Shown: piece by piece, positions 52,865-64,000 of the stretch
How positions within the stretch are numbered: the first letter of the stretch is position 1
Layout of the letters: each line of letters begins with the position of its first letter
NCBI GenBank assembly: GCA_964016885.1
Contig: OZ024746.1
Location: 98,580,001-98,644,000, forward strand
Origin: Eledone cirrhosa
Taxonomy: Eukaryota
Direction of reading: 5' to 3'
DNA length: 64,000 bases
The notes under the pieces: model-generated
Told to the model about the DNA's origin: nothing
What the model saw: the letters and a program-made list of their open reading frames with translations, nothing else
The model's database searches: none
Position numbers and translations under genes: made by a program

Positions 52865-55800
52865 TAAGGTAGTAATAGGAAGGACTAAGGTAGTAATAGG
52901 AAGGACTAAGGTAGTAATAGGAAGGACTAAGGTAGTAATAGGAAGGACTAAGGTAGTAATAGGAAGGACTAAGGTAGTAATAGGAAGGACTAAGGTAGTA
53001 ATAGGAAGGACTAAGGTAGTAATGGGAAGGACTAAGGTAGTAATAGGAAGGACTAAGGTAGTAATAGGAAGGACTAAGGTAGTTAGTAATAGGAAGGACT
53101 AAGGTAGTAATAGGAAGGACTAAGGTAGTTAGTAATAGGAAGGACTAAGGTAGTTAGTAATAGGAAGGACTAAGGTAGTTAGTAATAGGAAGGACTAAGG
53201 TAGTAATAGGAAGGACTAAGGTAGTAATAGGAAGGACTAAGGTAGTAATAGGAAGGACTAAGGTAGTAATAGGAAGGACTAAGGTAGTTAGTAATAGGAA
53301 GGACTAAGGTAGTAATAGGAAGGACTAAGGTAGTAATAGGAAGGACTAAGGTAGTAATAGGAAGGACTAAGGTAGTAATGGGAAGGACTAAGGTAGTAAT
53401 GGGAAAGACTAAGGTTGTAATAGGAAGGACTAAGGTTGTAATAGGAAGGACTAAGGTTGTAATAGGAAGGACTAAGGTTGTAATAGGAAGGACTAAGGTT
53501 GTTAGTAATAGGAAGGACTAAGGTAGTAATAGGAAGGACTAAGGTAGTAATGGGAAGGACTAAGGTAGTAATGGGAAAGACTAAGGTTGTAATAGGAAGG
53601 ACTAAGGTTGTAATAGGAAGGACTAAGGTAGTAATAGGAAGGACTAAGGTAGTAATAGGAAGGACTAAGGTTGTAATAGGAAGGACTAAGGTTGTTAGTA
53701 ATAGGAAGGACTAAGGTTGTAATAGGAAGGACTAAGGTAGTAATAGGAAGGACTAAGGTAGTAATAGGAAGGACTAAGGTAGTAATAGGAAGGACTAAGG
53801 TAGTAATAGGAAGGACTAAGGTTGTAGTAGGAAGGACTAAGGTTGTAATAGGAAGGACTAAGGTTGTAGTAGGAAGGACTAAGGTAGTAATAGGAAGGAC
53901 TAAGGTAGTAATAGGAAGGACTAAGGTAGTAATAGGAAGGACTAAGGTTGTAATAGGAAGGACTAAGGTAGTAATAGGAAGGACTAAGGTAGTAATAGGA
54001 AGGACTAAGGTAGTAATAGGAAGGACTAAGGTTGTAGTAGGAAGGACTAAGGTTGTAATAGGAAGGACTAAGGTAGTAATAGGAAGGACTAAGGTAGTAA
54101 TAGGAAGGACTAAGGTTGTAGTAGGAAGGACTAAGGTTGTAGTAGGAAGGACTAAGGTTGTAGTAGGAAGGACTAAGGTTGTAATAGGAAGGACTAAGGT
54201 TGTAATAGGAAGGACTAAGGTAGTAATAGGAAGGACTAAGGTAGTAATAGGAAGGACTAAGGTTGTAATAGGAAGGACTAAGGTTGTAATAGGAAGGACT
54301 AAGGTAGTAATAGGAAGGACTAAGGTTGTAATAGGAAGGACTAAGGTTGTAATAGGAAGGACTAAGGTAGTAATAGGAAGGACTAAGGTAGTAATAGGAA
54401 GGACTAAGGTAGTAATAGGAAGGACTAAGGTAGTAATAGGAAGGACTAAGGTTGTAATAGGAAGGACTAAGGTTGTAATAGGAAGGACTAAGGTAGTAAT
54501 AGGAAGGACTAAGGTTGTAATAGGAAGGACTAAGGTAGTAATAGGAAGGACTAAGGTTGTAATAGGAAGGACTAAGGTAGTAGTAGGAAGGACTAAGGTT
54601 GTAGTAGGAAGGACTAAGGTTGTAATAGGAAGGACTAAGGTTGTAATAGGAAGGACTAAGGTTGTAATAGGAAGGACTAAGGTTGTAATAGGAAGGACTA
54701 AGGTTGTAATAGGAAGGACTAAGGTTGTTAGTAATAGGAAGGACTAAGGTAGTAATAGGAAGGACTAAGGTAGTAATAGGAAGGACTAAGGTTGTAATAG
54801 GAAGGACTAAGGTTGTTAGTAATAGGAAGGACTAAGGTAGTAATAGGAAAGACTAAGGTTGTAATAGGAAGGACTAAGGTAGTAATAGGAAGGACTAAGG
54901 TTGTAATAGGAAGGACTAAGGTTGTTAGTAATAGGAAGGACTAAGGTAGTAATAGGAAAGACTAAGGTTGTAATAGGAAGGACTAAGGTAGTAATAGGAA
55001 GGACTAAGGTAGTAATAGGAAGGACTAAGGTAGTAATAGGAAGGACTAAGGTTGTTAGTAATAGGAAGGACTAAGGTAGTAATAGGAAGGACTAAGGTAG
55101 TTAGTAATAGGAAGGACTAAGGTAGTAATAGGAAGGACTAAGGTTGTAATAGGAAGGACTAAGGTAGTAATAGGAAAGACTAAGGTTGTAATAGGAAGGA
55201 CTAAGGTAGTAATAGGAAGGACTAAGGTAGTAATAGGAAGGACTAAGGTTGTAATAGGAAGGACTAAGGTAGTAATAGGAAGGACTAAGGTTGTAATAGG
55301 AAGGACTAAGGTAGTAATAGGAAAGACTAAGGTTGTAATAGGAAGGACTAAGGTTGTAATAGGAAGGACTAAGGTAGTAATAGGAAGGACTAAGGTAGTA
55401 ATAGGAAGGACTAAGGTTGTAATAGGAAGGACTAAGGTTGTAATAGGAAGGACTAAGGTAGTTAGTAATAGGAAGGACTAAGGTAGTAATAGGAAGGACT
55501 AAGGTAGTAATAGGAAGGACTAAGGTTGTAATAGGAAGGACTAAGGTTGTAATAGGAAGGACTAGGGTAGTAATAGGAAGGACTAAGGTAGTTAGTAATA
55601 GGAAGGACTAAGGTAGTAATAGGAAGGACTAAGGTTGTAATAGGAAGGACTAAGGTTGTTAGTAATAGGAAGGACTAAGGTAGTAATAGGAAAGACTAAG
55701 GTTGTAATAGGAAGGACTAAGGTTGTTAGTAATAGGAAGGACTAAGGTAGTAATAGGAAGGACTAAGGTAGTAATAGGAAGGACTAAGGTTGTAATAGGA

Positions 55801-58800
55801 AGGACTAAGGTTGTAATAGGAAGGACTAAGGTTGTAATAGGAAGGACTAAGGTAGTAATAGGAAGGACTAAGGTAGTAGTAGGAAGGACTAAGGTTGTAA
55901 TAGGAAGGACTAAGGTTGTTAGTAATAGGAAGGACTAAGGTTGTAATAGGAAGGACTAAGGTAGTAATAGGAAGGACTAAGGTAGTAGTAGGAAGGACTA
56001 AGGTTGTAATAGGAAGGACTAAGGTTGTAATAGGAAGGACTAAGGTTGTAATAGGAAGGACTAAGGTTGTAATAGGAAGGACTAAGGTTGTAATAGGAAG
56101 GACTAAGGTTGTAATAGGAAGGACTAAGGTTGTAATAGGAAGGACTAAGGTTGTAATAGGAAGGACTAAGGTTGTTAGTAATAGGAAGGACTAAGGTAGT
56201 AATAGGAAGGACTAAGGTTGTAATAGGAAGGACTAAGGTTGTAATAGGAAGGACTAAGGTTGTAATAGGAAGGACTAAGGTTGTAATAGGAAGGACTAAG
56301 GTTGTAATAGGAAGGACTAAGGTAGTAATAGGAAGGACTAAGGTTGTAATAGGAAGGACTAAGGTTGTAATAGGAAGGACTAAGGTTGTTAGTAATAGGA
56401 AGGACTAAGGTTGTAATAGGAAGGACTAAGGTTGTAATAGGAAGGACTAAGGTAGTAATAGGAAGGACTAAGGTTGTAATAGGAAGGACTAAGGTAGTAA
56501 TAGGAAGGACTAAGGTTGTAATAGGAAGGACTAAGGTTGTTAGTAATAGGAAGGACTAAGGTTGTAATAGGAAGGACTAAGGTAGTAATAGGAAGGACTA
56601 AGGTTGTAATAGGAAGGACTAAGGTAGTAGTAGGAAGGACTAAGGTTGTAATAGGAAGGACTAAGGTAGTTAGTAATAGGAAGGACTAAGGTTGTAATAG
56701 GAAGGACTAAGGTTGTAATAGGAAGGACTAAGGTTGTTAGTAATAGGAAGGACTAAGGTTGTAATAGGAAGGACTAAGGTAGTTAGTAATAGGAAGGACT
56801 AAGGTTGTAATAGGAAGGACTAAGGTAGTAATAGGAAGGACTAAGGTAGTAATAGGAAGGACTAAGGTAGTAATAGGAAGGACTAAGGTAGTAATAGGAA
56901 GGACTAAGGTAGTAATAGGAAGGACTAAGGTAGTAATAGGAAGGACTAAGGTAGTAATAGGAAGGACTAAGGTAGTAATAGGAAGGACTAAGGTAGTAAT
57001 AGGAAGGACTAAGGTAGTAATAGGAAGGACTAAGGTAGTAATAGGAAGGACTAAGGTTGTTAGTAATAGGAAGGACTAAGGTTGTAATAGGAAGGACTAA
57101 GGTAGTAATAGGAAGGACTAAGGTAGTAGTAGGAAAGACTAAGGTTGTAATAGGAAGGACTAAGGTTGTAATAGGAAGGACTAAGGTTGTAATAGGAAGG
57201 ACTAAGGTAGTAATAGGAAGGACTAAGGTTGTAATAGGAAGGACTAAGGTTGTAATAGGAAGGACTAAGGTAGTAATAGGAAGGACTAAGGTAGTAATAG
57301 GAAGGACTAAGGTAGTAATAGGAAGGACTAAGGTTGTTAGTAATAGGAAGGACTAAGGTTGTAATAGGAAGGACTAAGGTAGTAATAGGAAGGACTAAGG
57401 TAGTAATAGGAAGGACTAAGGTAGTAATAGGAAGGACTAAGGTAGTAATAGGAAGGACTAAGGTAGTAATAGGAAGGACTAAGGTTGTTAGTAATAGGAA
57501 GGACTAAGGTTGTAATAGGAAGGACTAAGGTAGTAATAGGAAGGACTAAGGTTGTAATAGGAAGGACTAAGGTAGTAATAGGAAGGACTAAGGTAGTAAT
57601 AGGAAGGACTAAGGTTGTAATAGGAAGGACTAAGGTAGTAGTAGGAAAGACTAAGGTAGTAATAGGAAGGACTAAGGTTGTAATAGGAAGGACTAAGGTA
57701 GTAATAGGAAGGACTAAGGTTGTAATAGGAAGGACTAAGGTTGTAATAGGAAGGACTAAGGTAGTAATAGGAAGGACTAAGGTAGTAATAGGAAGGACTA
57801 AGGTAGTAATAGGAAGGACTAAGGTTGTTAGTAATAGGAAGGACTAAGGTTGTAATAGGAAGGACTAAGGTAGTAATAGGAAGGACTAAGGTTGTAATAG
57901 GAAGGACTAAGGTAGTAATAGGAAGGACTAAGGTAGTAATAGGAAGGACTAAGGTTGTTAGTAATAGGAAGGACTAAGGTTGTAATAGGAAGGACTAAGG
58001 TAGTAATAGGAAGGACTAAGGTAGTAATAGGAAGGACTAAGGTAGTAATAGGAAGGACTAAGGTTGTTAGTAATAGGAAGGACTAAGGTTGTTAGTAATA
58101 GGAAGGACTAAGGTTGTAATAGGAAGGACTAAGGTTGTAATAGGAAGGACTAAGGTAGTAATAGGAAGGACTAAGGTTGTTAGTAATAGGAAGGACTAAG
58201 GTTGTAATAGGAAGGACTAAGGTTGTAATAGGAAGGACTAAGGTAGTAATAGGAAGGACTAAGGTTGTTAGTAATAGGAAGGACTAAGGTTGTAATAGGA
58301 AGGACTAAGGTAGTAATAGGAAGGACTAAGGTAGTAATAGGAAGGACTAAGGTTGTAATAGGAAGGACTAAGGTTGTAATAGGAAGGACTAAGGTAGTAA
58401 TAGGAAGGACTAAGGTAGTAATAGGAAGGACTAAGGTAGTAATAGGAAGGACTAAGGTTGTTAGTAATAGGAAGGACTAAGGTTGTAATAGGAAGGACTA
58501 AGGTAGTAATAGGAAGGACTAAGGTTGTAATAGGAAGGACTAAGGTAGTAATAGGAAGGACTAAGGTAGTAATAGGAAGGACTAAGGTTGTTAGTAATAG
58601 GAAGGACTAAGGTTGTAATAGGAAGGACTAAGGTAGTAATAGGAAGGACTAAGGTAGTAATAGGAAGGACTAAGGTAGTAATAGGAAGGACTAAGGTAGT
58701 AATAGGAAGGACTAAGGTAGTAATAGGAAGGACTAAGGTTGTTAGTAATAGGAAGGACTAAGGTTGTAATAGGAAGGACTAAGGTAGTAATAGGAAGGAC

Positions 58801-60571
58801 TAAGGTTGTTAGTAATAGGAAGGACTAAGGTTGTAATAGGAAGGACTAAGGTAGTAGTAGGAAGGACTAAGGTTGTAATAGGAAGGACTAAGGTAGTAAT
58901 AGGAAGGACTAAGGTTGTAATAGGAAGGACTAAGGTAGTAATAGGAAGGACTAAGGTTGTAATAGGAAGGACTAAGGTTGTAATAGGAAGGACTAAGGTA
59001 GTAATAGGAAGGACTAAGGTTGTTAGTAATAGGAAGGACTAAGGTTGTAATAGGAAGGACTAAGGTAGTTAGTAATAGGAAGGACTAAGGTAGTAATAGG
59101 AAGGACTAAGGTAGTAGTAGGAAAGACTAAGGTAGTAGTAGGAAAGACTAAGGTTGTAATAGGAAGGACTAAGGTTGTAATAGGAAGGACTAAGGTAGTA
59201 ATAGGAAGGACTAAGGTTGTAATAGGAAGGACTAAGGTTGTAATAGGAAGGACTAAGGTTGTAATAGGAAGGACTAAGGTTGTAATAGGAAGGACTAAGG
59301 TTGTAATAGGAAGGACTAAGGTAGTAATAGGAAGGACTAAGGTAGTAATAGGAAGGACTAAGGTTGTAATAGGAAGGACTAAGGTTGTAATAGGAAGGAC
59401 TAAGGTTGTAATAGGAAGGACTAAGGTAGTAATAGGAAGGACTAAGGTAGTAATAGGAAGGACTAAGGTAGTAATAGGAAGGACTAAGGTAGTAATAGGA
59501 AGGACTAAGGTTGTTAGTAATAGGAAGGACTAAGGTTGTAATAGGAAGGACTAAGGTAGTAATAGGAAGGACTAAGGTAGTAGTAGGAAAGACTAAGGTA
59601 GTAATAGGAAGGACTAAGGTAGTAATAGGAAGGACTAAGGTTGTAATAGGAAGGACTAAGGTTGTAATAGGAAGGACTAAGGTAGTAATAGGAAGGACTA
59701 AGGTAGTAATAGGAAGGACTAAGGTTGTAATAGGAAGGACTAAGGTAGTAATAGGAAGGACTAAGGTAGTAATAGGAAGGACTAAGGTTGTAATAGGAAG
59801 GACTAAGGTTGTAATAGGAAGGACTAAGGTTGTAATAGGAAGGACTAAGGTTGTAATAGGAAGGACTAAGGTAGTAGTAGGAAAGACTAAGGTAGTAATA
59901 GGAAGGACTAAGGTTGTAATAGGAAGGACTAAGGTAGTAGTAGGAAAGACTAAGGTTGTAATAGGAAGGACTAAGGTTGTAATAGGAAGGACTAAGGTAG
60001 TAATAGGAAGGACTAAGGTAGTAATAGGAAGGACTAAGGTTGTAATAGGAAGGACTAAGGTAGTAGTAGGAAAGACTAAGGTAGTAATAGGAAGGACTAA
60101 GGTTGTAATAGGAAGGACTAAGGTAGTAGTAGGAAAGACTAAGGTTGTAATAGGAAGGACTAAGGTTGTAATAGGAAGGACTAAGGTAGTAATAGGAAGG
60201 ACTAAGGTAGTTAGTAATAGGAAGGACTAAGGTTGTAATAGGAAGGACTAAGGTTGTAATAGGAAGGACTAAGGTTGTAATAGGAAGGACTAAGGTTGTA
60301 ATAGGAAGGACTAAGGTAGTAGTAGGAAAGACTAAGGTTGTAATAGGAAGGACTAAGGTAGTAGTAGGAAAGACTAAGGTAGTAATAGGAAGGACTAAGG
60401 TTGTAATAGGAAGGACTAAGGTAGTAATAGGAAGGACTAAGGTTGTAATAGGAAGGACTAAGGTTGTAATAGGAAGGACTAAGGTAGTAATAGGAAGGAC
60501 TAAGGTAGTAATAGGAAGGACTAAGGTTGTTAGTAATAGGAAGGACTAAGGTAGTTAGTAATAGGAAGGAC
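52865..60571. repeat. About 7.7 kb 21-bp minisatellite (about 360 copies; 25-bp variant with added GTTA)
   Basis: Unit GTAATAGGAAGGACTAAGGTW. Confidence 0.98.
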
Positions 60572-60739
60572 ATTGTCATTGAAAACTTGTCGAACAAAGA
60601 GTGAGGATAACTGTAACAGTTGTGCCATTGACATGTATGTATGGTCCCGTAACTCCTTATAGTCGTAGGAGCACCATAGTGACATATGTCATTTCTTGGG
60701 CATTTTAAGCTTGGTGGAGCCCATCCCTCTCCAGGCCTG

Positions 60740-60940
60740 AGTACAGCAGATTTCTTCCAGAGAAATATAGAAAGTGAGAGAGAGGAAGTGATAAAGAGGA
60801 AGAATCTACCCCAGTACTTGACTGGTACGTTTTTTTATTTACCTCAAAAGGATGAAAGGCGAAGTTGACCTCTGTGGGATTTGAACTCAGAGAGCTGGAA
60901 TGAATACCATAAAGTGTTCTAACGACTCTGACAATTTGCT
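60740..60940 (-). mobile_element. Meta-domain-like SINE, decayed
   Basis: ggatgaaaggcgaagttgacctc...ggatttgaactcag. Confidence 0.65.
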
Positions 60941-61534
60941 GCCTTGTCATTGACGTGACAACCTCCCTAATGTTGGTGAGCCACCCAGTAAATGATCAGC
61001 CGGTACATTCATAAGAAATAAATGTTTAGTCTCAATGTGTTTCACTCACAAAGTTGACTTAAAAACCATTGATAATTACATTAGTATGAAAAAGAAAGAT
61101 AAAATCAAAATTTAGTAATGAGAAAAAGGGGACGGGGTAAAGAAGAGCAGATCTGGCTGCATGGGAAAGTAGAGGAAAGGACTATAAATGAGAGGAAATG
61201 AGGGAAAAAAGCGAGGACTCTTGTGTCGTAGATGAAAGGGAGGGGGAAGGAGACAGGGTGATGTGCTCTAGCCCAAGGGTGCAGCAGTGTTGGGGTTGTG
61301 CGTATTTTCACAGAAAATAGCCACCCCCACCTTGTAGGGCTCCTTCTTTAGACAGACTGCTGATAGGGCTGTGCCCCGCAGACAAAACTGTAAAGGCATT
61401 TCCATGGCCAGTGGCGTGGCTGTTGACAAGAAGATGGGGTCCAGCTGCAGAAAACCTGTAGGGTGTAGTTGAGGGCAGGAAATATGGTAATTACTTGGAC
61501 TATCTCAGCTGGTTGAAGTTTTTCAATTCATCAT

Positions 61535-61680
61535 GCTTTCTAGCAGAGTTACGTCCCTTTACAGTCAGTTCAAATCCTGCCGAGGTTAACTTTGCCTTTC
61601 ATCCTTACGGGGTCGATAAAATAAAGTACCAGTAATGTACTGGGTAATTGATGGCCTTGTGCCTAAAGTAGAAACAATTA
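61535..61680 (+). mobile_element. Meta-domain-like SINE
   Basis: Near identical to 50110-50256. Confidence 0.8.
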
Positions 61681-62154
61681 TATTAAATATGCAAGATTCT
61701 ATTGTAGAATATCTTATTAGAATTGCTTCAATTAATTGAAAGCTGAACCACAATCAACACTTCCACTATTGATATGTTTTGCAAGTTGAAAGGTTCACAC
61801 GCAACATTCATCAAATATTGAAAATATTCAGAGCAAGACAGGCTGACTAACAATACAGTGTCGTGTTTTGTTTCCCTGTGTGCGTAGGTGTTTGATCATG
61901 ATCGTTTAACATCCATCTTCCATGCTAGCATGGGTAGGACAGGCTGTCCCTTTGTGAGAGATCAAGTCAGGGGACCGTGATTCACTGAACTGATTTGGAC
62001 TTGGTTTCTACTGCTGGATGGCCTTCTTAATGTCAACCACATTTATAGTGAGTACTGGGTGCTATTCTTAAAAGGAATAGTAATTTATCAATTTCTATTT
62101 CAACACAATGAAGCAGAATAAACTGCCGAACTGTTGAACAGAAGTGATAACACA

Positions 62155-62298
62155 ATGGTTTCTTATATAGGCACAAGGCCAGCAATTTTGGATTAGGAGA
62201 AAGTCGATTAAATTGACCCCTGTGCGTGACTGGTACTTTATTTTATCGACCCCGTAAGGATGAAAGGTAAAGTTAACCTTGGCAGGATTTGAACTCAA
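62155..62298 (-). mobile_element. Meta-domain-like SINE
   Basis: Homologous to 10610-10750. Confidence 0.78.
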
Positions 62299-62694
62299 AT
62301 AATAATAACACAATAATAACACTGAATGTAATTCTGTGGCGACAGAAAGAATTGTGTATTCCTCAAATTGTCAGACTATACTTCGAACCTGTTGCAAACA
62401 ATTGTGTACTCCCGTTTAACTGAAGCATAATATATAGGCAAAAACACAAAGACATTTGAGAGACATGATTGTGATGTGATAGGCTGTTGTTGAATAATTA
62501 AACAGTTGCTCATCACTTGTTTGATAACACTCAATGCAAGTTCAATAAACAATACAGTGAGTAAAGGAGAAGTTAACTCTTAACATCCTGTAACGATTTA
62601 TCAGAAAAATATCTAAAAACAGGTTTAATTCAAATATTTACAGTAGCTTATGTTTTGCAACAAAGATGACTAAGAAAAATCCTGAAAATTATTT

Positions 62695-63005
62695 ATCGAG
62701 ACCGGATTACTAATGTAGAGGTGTTGAAGAGAAGTAAACAGAGGCTACTGACTGACACCATTGCTGAAAGGTACCTGAAACTGGCTGGACACATTCTGCG
62801 TACCGGAACCCCTCTGTGGCAATGAGATGGATCCCAGTCGGTGGCAAGCTGTAAAAAGGGAGACCCAAGAAAAACTGGCACTCAACTTTCAAAGAAGATC
62901 TCCAGAGGATTGGCCTGGACTGGGAAACTATGCAAGATATCACAGCTGATTGTGTAAATTGGAGAAGACTTATTGCCCATTATATCCCAGGGCAGAAGGC
63001 CTAAG
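62695..63005 (+). mobile_element. Old RTE-type LINE 3' fragment
   Basis: Translates DRITNVEVLKR...LKLAGHILR...GRPKKNW...NWRRLI, with a frameshift. Confidence 0.7.
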
Positions 63006-63110
63006 ACTAGTTGTGGAAAATTTACTGTATTAGAGTAAATACTTTACTTCTTAATATGATTCTATCATAGTGTTGTTTAGTACTGTTCAAGAATATCTTG
63101 TTAATGTGGT

Positions 63111-63642
63111 TTAACCCTTTAGCATTTAAACCAGCCGTATCATCGTCATCATCATTTCATTTTACGTCCACTTTTCCCTGCTTGCAAGGGTGGGATGGGA
63201 ACTGATTCTGGCTTGATTTCTACAGCTGGATGCCATTCCTAACACCAACCTCATTTACAGTGAGTGCTGGGTGCTTTTTTGCCGTGGCACCTCCACGACC
63301 ACTTTGCAGTGGAATGATAGGGACACCAGTCCCTATCATCTCATTTCTACAGCTGAGTAAACTGGAGCAATGTGAAATAAAGTGTCTTACTCAAGGAAAC
63401 AACACATCACCTGGTCTGAGAATAGAACTCACAACCTTTCGATTGCAAGGCCAATGCTCTAACCACTAAGCCATGTGCCTCCATGTTCAAACCGGCTGTA
63501 ACTAGGCACTCATACTGATGTTAAGGTATTATTCTCAAAATGAATAATAATAAAATATTGTAGATTCAATATTATGTGAGGTAAAGACTTTACCATGGAC
63601 ATATAGTAAATATAGAGTAATGTAAATACTAATGTAGTTTAA
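63111..63642 (-). mobile_element. MITE B interrupted by a tRNA-CORE-RTE-tail SINE (63139-63483, minus strand)
   Basis: TTAACCCTTTAGCATTTAAACC, then the SINE, then the MITE body resumes at tgttcaaaccggctgtaact. Confidence 0.85.
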
Positions 63643-64000
63643 TGTAGTAAAGGACATTAAGAGTTTGTCTTCAAGCATGAAGTTAAGACAGCAAAATTAT
63701 TGATTTTGTTTATTTGTTTGGTTGATTGTTACTTTTTTGTAGTGATTCTATTTACCTGGCTGTTCATGTGATTAGAACAATGAGGCTGTTGAAATGTCTT
63801 GAAGTAGAACATAAAATGCAGGATAGAATCCCGGTTAATAAAATGTTTTGAACAATAATTCAAATAAAACAGCTGTAGCTTTTTTTTTATGTTAATCAAT
63901 AGAAATACAGAAGCAGTGTTTTGAATGATACTAACATTTAATGTAAAGATAAACTGTTGTAATAAAGTGAACTCCGGAAGACTCTGACATTTTATCAAAC

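Noticed and set aside
52865-60571. VVIGRTK repeat protein or telomeric repeat
   Set aside because: 25-bp variants break the frame; the unit is not a TTAGGG or TTAGG tandem.

Overview
AT-rich eukaryotic DNA, intronic or intergenic, made almost entirely of transposon remnants and tandem repeats. The SINE, RTE and microsatellite content suggests an octopus or other coleoid mollusc (inference). No host gene can be named; a few weak candidate + strand exons exist. Retroelements: two inverted, decayed RTE-clade LINEs (12573-16016 +, 32770-35802 -), a CR1/L2-group LINE with an 898-codon open APE-RT frame inside a TA/TATG array (23004-26410), five 3' fragments of a CRE-like RLE element, and CORE- and Meta-type tRNA SINEs. 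DNA elements: two piggyBac-type TTAA MITE families, Tc1/mariner/pogo MITEs and a deleted Hsmar2-like mariner. About 28 kb is tandem repeat (64, 26, 33/39, 14 and 21 bp units plus microsatellites). Signals not visible in the ORF track: (1) several minimal type I hammerhead ribozyme folds of the Penelope-associated kind, one variant lying inside a perfect 79-bp inverted repeat; (2) a satellite built from a MITE left end, delimited by an internal TTAA that twice forms the junction with a second MITE; (3) RTE copies with two alternative 3' tails, one shared with a SINE. All calls are by eye; no searches were run.
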